Notes under the pieces: model-generated
Told to the model about the DNA's origin: nothing
Databases searched by the model: none
Seen by the model: only the letters and a program-made list of their open reading frames with translations
Shown here: positions 1 to 13,005 of the stretch, one piece after another
How positions within the stretch are numbered: the stretch's first letter is position 1
Layout of the letters: every line of letters begins with the position of its first letter
Program-made: the position numbers and the translations under genes
Assembly (NCBI RefSeq): GCF_009914755.1
Contig: NC_060936.1
Reading direction: 5' to 3' (one strand)
DNA: 64,000 nucleotides
Origin: the human T2T-CHM13v2.0 reference genome, Homo sapiens

Positions 1-229
1 ATTTTTAGTAGAGACTGGGTTTCTCTATATTGGTCAGGCTGGTCTCGAACCACGGACCTCAGGTGATCCGCCCGCCTCAGCCTCCCAAAGTGCTGGGATT
101 ACAGGCATGAGCCACCGCGCCCGGCCAAAACCTTTCAAACCTGAGAATGAATGGATCAAACTGCTGGAGAGGTCGGTGTGCTGGAGTTGCTAAACTGCTG
201 GGAGACTCAGGTTTCCCAGCTCTTAAGGG

Positions 230-1330
230 AAGATCGAGGGGTCAAAGGTCGGGTTCCGGTCAAGCCCACAGAGAACCGGAAGTCCCAGATCCGGTCGGCT
301 CGGAGCCCAGGGCTCCAGCCGGGCTACTCACGCTCCGGAGGCGGAGCTTCAGCAGCGGGAGGGGGAGGAATCTGGGGCCTCCCAATGGCAGCTCGGGTGT
401 CTTCCATCGCAGCCATTCAACGTCTGGCGACGGTCAAATTTAAACACCCCTCCCACCTCCTCCGCCGGGACCTGTCGGGAAAGCGTTTGCAGTTATTGCG
501 GCGGCTGGACACGCCCCGCCGCCGAAGAGGCGGGAGAAGGGCGGGGCCTTTCTCCGAGTTGGCCTATCACTACGGGCAGCCTGCGGAGAGGCGGGAGGCG
601 GCGCCAATCGGGGCGAGCAGCTGGAGCCCGGCGGAGCAGTTGGCTGAGTTGTTGCAACTTTTTTCGAAAGCTGGGTTTCCCGGGAGATCCCAGGCGGTGA
701 CAGAGTGGAGCCATGGCTAGAGGTATTTGCCCAAGTGGCCGGCACCGGAGCGGCTGGGTCGGGGGTCGTGCTGGAGGGGTTGCCGGGGTGGAGGCAGCGG
801 CTGCGGGGAGGCGTCCTCCTCGGGTGGCTCGGGGCAAGCTTGGGGACCCGCGTGGGGGGAGAGGGGGTGCTGCTGCGGAACCCGCCGGCCCCCCCTTGCG
901 GCTCCAGATGCCCCCAGAAACCCTTCCCACTGCCGTGCTTCTGTTTCCCTTCTATGAAGTGAACACCTGCGGGCCTGCCTCTCCACGGCAGCAGATCCAT
1001 ATGTCAGAGCTCTTTGGAAACTAAAGCGCAGGGCACCTCCAGGGAATAGGTGTTATTGATAGAAGTGGGGCGGGGGCAGGAGTGAGGCTTCGCCCACTTT
1101 GGGGCCCTCTCTCTTTGGGAAAGGAGGTGATCCCGAGGCGAAGGCGCAGATCGATAACCTGCATATTGGGGTGCGCGTCAGGGTGGACACCGCAGCAGGC
1201 GCCTTTCCTCCCTCCCCACGTCCTGAGTCAGCTCTGCGCCGCTGGAGCGAAGGCCGGGCCCCGCTGGCCCACTTTGGGGTAAAACGGGTTCCTGGCATCT
1301 CGCGGGCGCGGTCGTTCGCCCCGCATCTGG
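230..1330 (+). promoter_or_regulatory. KMT5A: CpG island / proximal promoter of KMT5A
   Basis: High GC and CpG density around exon 1. ETS motif CCGGAAGT at 276-283, E2F-like GGCGGGAG at ~529-536 and ~590-597, GC box at ~539-547, CCAAT at 604-608. Island boundaries approximate. Confidence 0.85.
713..722 (+). CDS. KMT5A: KMT5A coding exon 1 (MAR-G)
   Basis: gagccATGG Kozak context; ATG GCT AGA G followed by GT donor (gtattt) at 723. Joins exon 2 to give the known MARGRKMSKPR N-terminus. Confidence 0.92.
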
Positions 1331-4300
1331 TCAGGACTTCGCCCCCCGGTAGATGGCTTGGGTGGGCTTGTACAGCCCTGGGAGGCGATGCCCTGTCTGA
1401 AGTCCTCTGCATACTTAGTTGGCTGTCAGGACAGTGCCTCCCAGGTATGCGGCAAAGAGATCTCCAACCGCTTGGTCATTTCCAGCCACTGCGTCTCCTT
1501 CACGCCAAAGGGCCAAAAACTTGAGCGTGAAAGTTGAGTAGAATTAGTATTAAAAAAAAAAAAAAGTTTTGGTATTATATTTTTCTCAAAATTTCAAGGC
1601 TTCAAGTGTTAGTAGGAATTTGCTTTAGTGCAGTATGCTCCCTATAGCAATAATAATGAATAAAATAATGATTCATTCAGTAAATATCTATTGGGTCCCT
1701 TTGTTTTCAGGCCCTGAAGTCAGTTGCATCATCTATTCTCCTAGCATCCCTAGAGGTTCTTTTGGGATAAGACTTACCCAGAGCCTGATGAAAAAATGAG
1801 GCATAGTAAACTTCAGGTTAAAGAGCTTCATCACTCAACTCTTGGAGAAAATTAATACTAATATTTTTCCTTTGAAAAGTGTTAAGCATCTAAAAGTATA
1901 TTTAACATTATCTGACTAATTTATCTGACAAATTTTAATAAAACTATGCTTCCTGGGTTCATTTTTCTCATCACAGCAAAATCATTTAAACTACTTGTTT
2001 TAAAAGTAGTGCATTAATTAATATATGAAGAAAACTAACCATCTATCATTGAAATACTTAAAATATGACTAAATAATAATTATGGCCAGGCATGGTGGCT
2101 CACACCTGTAATCCTAGCACTTTGGGAGGCCAAGGCGGGCAGATCACCTGAGGTCGGGAGTTCGAGACCAGTCTGACCAACATGGAGAAATCCCGTCTCT
2201 ACTAAAAATACAAAATTAGCCGGGCATGGCAGCGCATGCCTGTAATCCCAGCTACTTGGGAGGCTGAGGCAGGGAGAATTGCCTGAACCTGGGAGGTGGA
2301 GCTTGCAGTGAGCCGAGATTACGTCACCGCACTCCAGCATGGGCAACAGAGCAAGACTCCATCTCAAAAAAACAAACAAGAACAATAACAAAATAATAAT
2401 AATTACCACTGAGGGCCAGGCACTTTATTAACTCAATTGATCTTTACAAATTGTTATTCTCATTTTTTGGAAGAGGAAGCGTGAAGTCCAAACTTGCTGT
2501 CCAGACTCTAGCTTGGCTGGGTCTTTGCTTGTGCCACCCAACCTCCCTTACTTACCCAAAGCGAAGATAATGTTTGTCAGCTCCTCCCATGGCAGCTTAC
2601 AAATCACCTATGTAATTATTAGTTATTGATTCTCACTGTCTCACTTGACCCCCAAATTAGTAGTTACCTGTTTCTTAGGCTTTACTGCCCTTGCAAGCTA
2701 TTAAATTGGATATTTAGATTTAGATTTTTTTTTTTTTTTTTTTTTGAGACAGAGTCTCTCTCTGTCACCCAGGCTGGAGTACAGTGGAGTGATTTCAGCC
2801 CGCTTCACCCTCCCTCTCCTGTGTTCAAGTGATTCTTGTGCCTCAGCTTCCCAAGTAGCTGGGATTACAGGCACCTGTCACCACACCCAGCTAATTTTTG
2901 TATTTTTAGTAGAGACGGGGTTTCGCCATGTTGGCCAGGCTAGTCTTGAACTCCTGACCTCAGGTTATCTGCCCACCTCGGCCTCCCAGAGTGCTGGGAT
3001 TACAGGCAAAAGCCACCACGCCTGGCCAATATTTCGAATTGTAAATACCAAATCATTTACAGCACTTCAAATGAACAGTCTTTTTCTTCTAGAAAATTGG
3101 GCTTTGAACTTGCAATTCACTTTGAGAGCCCTGCTGGGTCACAGAAACAAACTGGTCAGATGCCAGGCAACACCTCACTCATTTTGAAGTTTTATAATCA
3201 TGCAAATATTTACAACCCCAATATATTAGTCTCAGGGGTCAGTCCACCTACCTTTCACTATTTCTACTGCCATTGTTGAATGGTCTCTTGGTTGGTTGCC
3301 CTCCTCATTTTGCCATCTTCAGTTCATTATCCCTTAGCACCTGGTGGGGGGGTCTCCAAAAATACAGACTTTTCTTTTTTTTTGGGAGACAGAGTCTCAC
3401 TCTGTCACCCAGGATAGAGTGCAGTGGCACAATCTTGGCTCACTGCAAACTCCACCCCCCTGGGTTCAAGTGACTCTCCTGCCTCAGCCTCCCAAGTAGC
3501 TGGGATTACAGGCATGCGCAACCACGCCAAGCTAATTTTTGTATTTTTAGTAGAGACGGGGTTTCGCCATGTTGGCCAGGCTGGTCTCAAACTCCTCATT
3601 TCAGGTGATTTGCCCTCCTCTGCCTCCCAAGGTGCTGGGATTACAGGTGTGAGCCACTGCGCCCAGCTGGTGTATTTGTTACATACGTATAAACTTGCGG
3701 AGAAAGGACTGTTTTGAAACTTACATTGAATGATCTGTATTTACATCTTCTAGGTACTGGAGCTGCAGAATTGAGAGGAATAGGTGCTAGACTTGTAATG
3801 TGTCCCCTGCAATTGGGGGCTCAAATGCAGAGAAAGCTATGACCATGAGTGGGGCGTGGGGTGTGGCTCGGTATACTAGAATGTGAAATGGATAAGATGA
3901 TCTATGTGGGTGCTTCCTGCTCCAAAACCATGATTCTCATGGCAGTTAAGCTGCAAAACTTCTCTGCCTTGCAGAAATAGAAGACGCTTTCAAATGGCTC
4001 AACCTGGTTATCAGAGTGTCACTTTCGAATCCTCTTTCACCCTCTGGGTAATCTTTTGGATATTCAACTGTAGTAGGCTCTGCAGAGGGCATAGGCAGAG
4101 TACCTAGCCCACTGGAGTTAGTGGTTGGGCTGGAGACCCTGCCTTGAAGGATGCTAAAGCATGAGCTGATTTGGGAGGGATTGTCTGAGCAGTGACCTGT
4201 CACCACCTAATCCTACTCAGTCTTATCCGTTCCAATGGGAGTCGAGGGAGGCTAGGTGGGAGGATGGCTACAAACAGCCATTTGCTTATCTGTGGATGTT

Positions 4301-5579
4301 GGAAGGTGCTCTGGTGGATTATGGAATTCAAGGTTCTTGGTTTTTACCCATGAGGACACTGAGGCCCAGACTGGGGAAGTGACTTGGCGATGGTCACAAA
4401 ACACCTCTGGGCAGATGCAGGGAAATAAGTCCAGCCCCTGACTCCCAGGCCATGGGCCAGGCTGCAGGAGCTGGATGCCTTGAAGTGTCTTGTTTGCATC
4501 TATGACTTTGCACAAATACAGTGAATCTGGCTGTGGGCCCTCAAGCCTTAATGGCCACAGAGTAGTGGTGCAGGGCAGTGAGCTATGCTGAAACAGCCAC
4601 CAGAGTGACGGGAACCTCGTCTGCCTATGGGGGCATTTTCTCACGGCGGGATAGGAGAACAAGGTGACATGTTAAACCCTTCTGCAAGACCATTTGCTTC
4701 TCCCAAACTCCATTTCCTCATCTGTAACCAGGAAGGGTAGTGGCTGGGAGGGCAAGGCCCTGGGGTCAGTTGGCTGGGGCTGAAAACCCATCTAGTTCTG
4801 AGAACTTGGCCAAGCTCCTCACTTTCTCCATCTGTTGAAAAGAGATAATAATGGTGTCTACCTTTGCAGGGCTGCTGTGAGGTTTCAGTGAGATAACGGC
4901 AAGAGACTCGCCCAGGAAACCGATCATTATAACCCCTGGCTCTGTCTCCCCAGGGCTTCCTACCGGTCAAGTACAGCCCTTCTGGGTTTGACACCTGGCC
5001 CCATCACTTCCTAGTTCTGTGGCCCGGGACAAACCCCTGCACATCCCTTGAGTCACAGTGTCACCATTGTAAGCTGGGATGCCGACAGGACCTGCCCCCG
5101 TGGGCGTGCGGGGAGGATTCAATGCCTGTGAAACTCTCGGTGGGCACAGCGCCGGGCACACCCGAGGGCCTGGCCTGGCGCGTTCACCGCTGCTGATTTC
5201 GTCTGGCACAGACCGGGTTCCCAAAATATCCGCAGAGCCAGCGGAAAAAGGAGCCGGGCGGGCTGGCGGGAGGGCGGGCGGGAGCCTGGGCTGTCATGAC
5301 GGTGTTTCCCACCCCTTCCTCCGCGAGTGGCTGAGGCCGCGCGAGAGGGGGCGCGCCCGAGCCGGGATTCGCCGCGCCCGCCCGCCCGCCCTCCGGAGCG
5401 GCCTGGCGGCGCCGCCCCTACCAGCCCCCTCCCCGGGCCGGGCGCCGGACGGTGGGCGGCTGCGAGCGGGCGGGAGGGCTGCGGAGGACGCGCCGCCTGC
5501 GCCTCCTTCCCTTCGTGCCTCGCCCCGGGCGGCCCGGGGCTGCCGCGGTGCGCGGGTGCCGGGCCCTGCCTCGCCGGCC

Positions 5580-5753
5580 ATGGGGGAAGGGGGCGCCGTG
5601 GGGCGCCGCCGGCCCTTCCCCGGGGCGCCGCGGCGGCGCTGGTGGCGGCGGCAGCAGCAGCAGCAGCGGCAGCGGCAGCGGTGGTGGCCGGGCCGCGGCG
5701 GCGGCGGCGGCGAGGGCGCGGGGCGCGCCGCCATGGGCCTGGCCGGGCTGCAG
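5580..5753 (+). CDS. KMT5A: Candidate alternative first coding exon (1b) of KMT5A
   Basis: ATG at 5580 (ggccATGG) and in-frame ATG at 5733 (gccgccATGG), ending at donor CAG|GTGGGT (5753/5754). The 174 nt end in phase 0, in frame with exon 3. Confidence 0.55.
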
Positions 5754-6003
5754 GTGGGTGTGTCGGGCCCGGCCGCGCGGGGGGCGGGCGGCGCGCGGGG
5801 CCTGGCCGGGCCGGGCGGCGGGAGGGCGACGCGGGCTCCGGCCCGGCCCTCCCGGCTGCGCGGGCGGCTCACCAGAGCCGGGGCCTCGAAATATGGCTGC
5901 GGCGGGAGGCGCCGTCGCGGCGCCCGGCCCGGGCGGCCCCGCTCCCCGCCCCGCCGCGCCCTGAGCGCCCCCTCCCCCGCTTCCCCCGGGTCCCCTTCTC
6001 CAG

Positions 6004-6125
6004 GCAGGAAGATGTCCAAGCCCCGCGCGGTGGAGGCGGCGGCGGCGGCGGCGGCGGTGGCAGCGACGGCCCCGGGCCCGGAGATGGTGGAGCGGAGGGG
6101 CCCGGGGAGGCCCCGCACCGACGGG
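6004..6125 (+). CDS. KMT5A: KMT5A coding exon 2 (GRKMSKPRAVEAAAAAAAVAATAPGPEMVERRGPGRPRTDG)
   Basis: Pyrimidine tract + CAG acceptor at 6001-6003; GGG|gtaagc donor; 122 nt. Contains (GCG)7 at 6036-6056 and Met31 at 6084. Confidence 0.95.
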
Positions 6126-7200
6126 GTAAGCAGGCACCCTCCCCGCACCCCTGCGGCGCGCCCGCCGGGCCGGGGCCGCGAGCACATGGGCGACCCCGGG
6201 TACCCGCCCGGGGCGCCCGGCCGGGCCGCTTCCTTTGCTGCCGCCTGGCTGGGAGTGGCGCCCACACGGCTCCGCCATGAGCCTGGCGGTGTTTGACCTC
6301 GGAAAAGTTTGACTGCGCCTTCGTGGCGTCTCCGCAGCCCAAGACCCTACTTCCCCGGAGGTGGCCGCGGTCCCAGGCTGTGCGGGGCCTGCGCGGGCCC
6401 CTCGGAGAGGTCACGGGTCTCACCGCCTCGGTGTTGAATGGTCCCCGAGGCGGCGAGGGCCCGGCGTTGCTTCTGGGGACGCCCTCCTCCGTCTGTACTT
6501 ACTCAGAGGAGGGGCCCCACGCCCAGAGGCGCCCGCAGTGACCTGAACCGCCCCACCGCCCCGTCCACTCTCTTACTGACGCCCAGGTGCGGCTTGCGAC
6601 AAAGTGGCCGCCCCGAATGCGCTGGCTGTGGCTCCTGCTCTTCCCAGATTCCCCAGTCACCCTGAGAGAAGTCCTCCCGTCGCAGCCCTGGAGGCTGCGG
6701 GGCTGCAGTGATTTGAGAGGGGTCAGGCTCCGGCGCTCATGGGGCTCTGGCTGTGCTGACAGGCCCTCCAGCCGCCCTCAGCACCAAGTGGTTAATCAGG
6801 TTCCCCGGGGCGTGTTTCTGTGCTGAGTCCCTGCGGCTCCTGCCAGGGCAGTGAACTCCTAAAGATAGCCTAGCTCTTCACATGCCCAGGTCCTTTTGAC
6901 CTCCCTGTTGCGGGTAGGCTGTCTTCTTCCTATATAGACCTTGGGTTGCAGCCGACTCTCCTGCTGGCCAGCTGTCCCCTTAGTGATTTAGAGACCAGCG
7001 CGTTTAGGAAACGTTTCACTGGACCTGGGATTCTAAACCTGCCAGTGCTCTCCTGAGACAATGGGGGCTGGCATCCCCTGGTAGCCCAGTTTTTGAAAAA
7101 CGGTGTTGTCTGATTTTCATCTTTTGTATTCCTCCTCCTCGTGAATGCTCTAGGATCTTCTTCTTCAAGCCTCTTTCAGAATATGCTTTTGTCTTTTTAG

Positions 7201-7357
7201 GAGAACGTATTTACCGGGCAGTCAAAGATCTATTCCTACATGAGCCCGAACAAATGCTCTGGAATGCGTTTCCCCCTTCAGGAAGAGAACTCAGTTACAC
7301 ATCACGAAGTCAAATGCCAGGGGAAACCATTAGCCGGAATCTACAGGAAACGAGAAG
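7201..7357 (+). CDS. KMT5A: KMT5A coding exon 3 (ENVFTGQSKIYSYMSPNK...RKRE)
   Basis: tttttag acceptor; G|gtaagc donor; 157 nt; translation matches SETD8. Confidence 0.96.
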
Positions 7358-7723
7358 GTAAGCTTTTGAAATGGCCTCGTTCTGATCCCAGCTGGTCGGG
7401 TTGCAGAAGCCTCTGTCTTCTGCAAGAATGCACATATGTATTTATCCAACCTTTTCAGTCTCAGATTCGAGAGGTTTGAGCCATGTTCTGTCTTGCTGCT
7501 GAAAGAATGGCTTGTCCCAGGGTGTGTGCCCTGTTGGTTTGACAGGTTCTCCCTGCTTTCACAAGAGTTAGCATATCCTTCAAGCTTGATTGTCTTGCTT
7601 AGTTGCAAAAATAACATACCTGACCCACAATTAGAGAGGCTCACAAGTGCTGAAAGTGCAGAAGTCATGAATTCAGGTTGTACAGACCAGGCAATTGCAG
7701 ACCTAACTAATGTGTTCATGTAG

Positions 7724-8002
<279 letters not shown>

Positions 8003-8906
8003 TGATCCACCTGCCTTGGCCTCCCAAAATGATGGGATTACAGGCATGAGCCACCGCGCCTAGCTGCCTTGACCCCATTTCTAAAGTTTCCTGCCAATCA
8101 AGCATTTGGTGTTAGTTTCTGAAGCAGCATCCTATGCAATGAGATTTGGAGTTAAAATGTTAAACCCGAAAATACAGGGTTAATGAAAACGGTCTGGTCT
8201 TGCAAAACAAACTGAAACCTCTTAGACATCTTGCTCTAATCCAAATATTCCCTTTCAAAGCTGCAGTGGGGAGTGTCAGCTTTCCCCAATTCACCATGCT
8301 CTCTTCTAATTAAAACTTGTCTGAAAGAAGCAGAGCCTCTGGCTGCCAGCAGCTCCATACAAGGAAGCCTTGTGTTCGCTAACAGAAAGTGTCATAAATG
8401 ACGATTTGGCATGACCTCTGGGGCCGGATCTGAGAACCAGGGCTGGGCAAGCCCTGAACTGGGGACAGGAGCCCACCCTGTGCTTGATCTCCCCTGGTAC
8501 ACAGGGCAATATTGTTTTATTTGATCTTCAGATGACTTGGGTTCCAATCTTAAGTTTGCCACCTGAAAGAAGGAGGCTTAGATAGGTTGCTGCTCTCTTC
8601 TGAGCCTCTGTTCTCTCATCTGTAAATGGGGAGAGAGGAGTCTGACCTCACACACACAGGACTGTTTTGAAGGGTGGTTGCAGCGTGGATGCCAAAGGGC
8701 TTTGTGGTGGACTCCATGTGCCAGCTCTTCACCCCTGGACTGCCAGCTCATCCCTGGACCTGTGGCACTTAGAATTCCTGCCCATAGGGTTGGGGAGAGG
8801 CGCTGTCTATAAATGGTAGTTGCCCGGACTCTAGTCCTTTAAAATAGGGCAGTCTATACATTGTACCAAATGGTGGCCTGGTATACAAGCTAGTATATTT
8901 GGCTCA

Positions 8907-9233
<327 letters not shown>

Positions 9234-9415
9234 CTAATATAAAAATAAAAAGAATTTAGGTCAGCTGGACTTTGGAGACCCCAAGGTCCAGGCTGTGGTC
9301 CGTGATTCTGCTGTGATACAGACTGAGTGATAGATGATGTTCACGGGCACCACACACTCCTGGGCCTGATGTCCTGGCTTTAATTCTCTCTGATTTCACC
9401 CAGGAAGGTGTGTAG

Positions 9416-9667
<252 letters not shown>

Positions 9668-9779
9668 TGAACTCCTGACCTCAGGTGGCCCACCCGCCTT
9701 GGCCTCCCAAAGTGCTGGGATTACAGGTGAAGTCACTGTGCCCGGCCTAATGTATTTATTTATTTTTCTGTTTTGTTTA

Positions 9780-10640
<861 letters not shown>

Positions 10641-10645
10641 TGTGA

Positions 10646-10990
<345 letters not shown>

Positions 10991-11618
10991 TAAAAGTAAA
11001 ACATTTTTTAAAAAGGTAAGCAGTTTTCCAACACTGTCACTCCACAAGTGTTTTAAGTGACAGATCATTGCAGTGTGTCTCCCGATACCCAGGCCAGTCT
11101 GCTGGGGCACCATGCTGAGAACTGCTGTGAACCTGGGGCTTCAACCCCACTAGAAGGGGACCTTCTTTTTCTTCGGAGTCTGAAATGAAGGGTGCCAGGC
11201 AGCTCTTGGGGAAGAGTTTCTGCTTTGTCACCTTACTCCTGTCCCCTAATGCTGTCCCAGCCTTCAGGAATGGAGCTTTTGATCTGAGTCTGCAACCTGA
11301 TTCCTGAAAGCTATTGATCAAGCACCCTGCCAGCGTCTCCGTCTCTGGTGCCTCTCCCTCACAGGCTCTCTATCTCCCACGTCAAGATGCAAAAGCCTAA
11401 AACCTCTGCCCAGTGTCTTGGTCAAAAAATCGAGCTGGAGCTAGGCACTCCCCCTGTCATAGCCCATAGTGGACACGGGGCTTAACAGGCCAAGGGCACT
11501 CCTGCCTGACAAACCCAGGATCCTGTCTTCTCAAAGCTTGTCTTAGAATGCAGCTGGTCGTCTGGAAATTGAGAGACAGTACAGAATAAACCCGTCTTTC
11601 CCCCACCTCCGCCTGCAG

Positions 11619-11838
11619 AGAAAAGAAATGCTGGGAACGCAGTACGGAGCGCCATGAAGTCCGAGGAACAGAAGATCAAAGACGCCAGGAAAGGTCCCCT
11701 GGTACCTTTTCCAAACCAAAAATCTGAAGCAGCAGAACCTCCAAAAACTCCACCCTCATCTTGTGATTCCACCAATGCAGCCATCGCCAAGCAAGCCCTG
11801 AAAAAGCCCATCAAGGGCAAACAGGCCCCCCGAAAAAA
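11619..11838 (+). CDS. KMT5A: KMT5A coding exon 4 (EKRNAGNAVRSAMKSEEQK...APRKK)
   Basis: ctgcag acceptor; AA|gtaagt donor; 220 nt; phase consistent. Confidence 0.96.
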
Positions 11839-12126
11839 GTAAGTGCCCCATTCAGTCCTCTTCCTAACGTGGAGCAGTTTGGTTCCTCTGATGCCAGGGA
11901 AGCCTGCTCAGGTGCCCATGGGGGTTCAGTGGCCACCTCTCAGCCTCTCTCATGTCAAAGACTCAGATGCCCCGAGTCATCAGCAGGGATGCCACTGTTT
12001 GTCAGTTTCTGGATCTGGCATGGGTCCAGAGTTCAAGAGCCTCTCCTTCCTCCCCTCCTTACCCACCCCAGCATAAGCAGCCTTTGTTTTTTAAATTTAT
12101 TTTTTTTTGTTTGTCTTTTTTGGTGA

Positions 12127-12261
<135 letters not shown>

Positions 12262-12917
12262 TGAGTAACTGGGATTACAGGTGCATGCCACCATGTCCCG
12301 CTTATTTTTGTATTTTTATTAGAGACAGGGTTTCACCATGTTGGTCAGGCTGGTCTCAAACTCCTGACCTCGTGATCTGCCTGCCTCAGCCTCCCAAAGT
12401 CCTGGGATTACAGGCGTGAACCACCATGCCCGACTGTTGTGTTTTTTGAGACAGGGTCTTATTCTGTCATCCAGGCTGGAGTGCAGTAGCTCACTGCAGC
12501 CTCAACCTCTCAGGACCAAGTGATCCTCCTACTTCAGCCTCCCGAGTAGTTGGGACCATAGGTGTGCACCACCATGCCTGGCTAATTTCTTTCCTTTTTT
12601 TAGAGACGGGGTTTTGCTGTGTTGCCTGAGTTGGTCTTGAACTCCTGGGCTCAAGTGATCCTCCCGCCTCAGCCTCCCAGAGTGTTGGCATTACAGGCAT
12701 GAGGCACTGCGCCCAGCCAGCAGCCCGTCTTTGAAACTCCTCTGAGGCCCTCATGGGCAGGTGACTGAGTGACCTGCAGGCTCCAGTGGACAAAGGTGTT
12801 TAAGTGACATCATCTCCAAGGAGCTGTGTGCCTCCTCGGTGTGTGCCTTCTAAGGAGCTGTGTGCCTCCAGGTTTTCAGTCCTGATACTTATTTTCTCCT
12901 CTTCCCCTCTTACCCAG

Positions 12918-13005
12918 AGCTCAAGGAAAAACGCAACAGAATCGCAAACTTACGGATTTCTACCCTGTCCGAAGGAGCTCCAGGAAGAGCAAAGCCGAGC
13001 TGCAG
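12918..13005 (+). CDS. KMT5A: KMT5A coding exon 5 (AQGKTQQNRKLTDFYPVRRSSRKSKAELQ), contains the PIP-degron
   Basis: cccag acceptor; CAG|gtagtc donor; 88 nt. LTDFY followed by basic residues matches the PCNA/CRL4-Cdt2 PIP-degron of SET8. Confidence 0.96.

Larger units (their letters stand above)
5080..6800 (+). promoter_or_regulatory. KMT5A: Second (intragenic) CpG island; probable alternative KMT5A promoter
   Basis: Very GC/CpG-rich block with multiple GC boxes, surrounding a candidate alternative first exon and exon 2. Boundaries approximate. Confidence 0.75.

Noticed and set aside
147-1524. Multiple 100-190 aa ORFs around exon 1
   Set aside because: Low-complexity Pro/Gly/Arg/Ala shadows of a CpG island with no recognisable domain.
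1533-1547. 15-mer gttgagtagaattag recurring at ~59673
   Set aside because: A couple of 15-mer coincidences are expected by chance in 64 kb; there is no flanking similarity.
5079-6423. Long overlapping ORFs (405, 323, 317, 286 aa) on both strands
   Set aside because: Stop-codon scarcity in a very GC-rich island; only the spliced segments match KMT5A.
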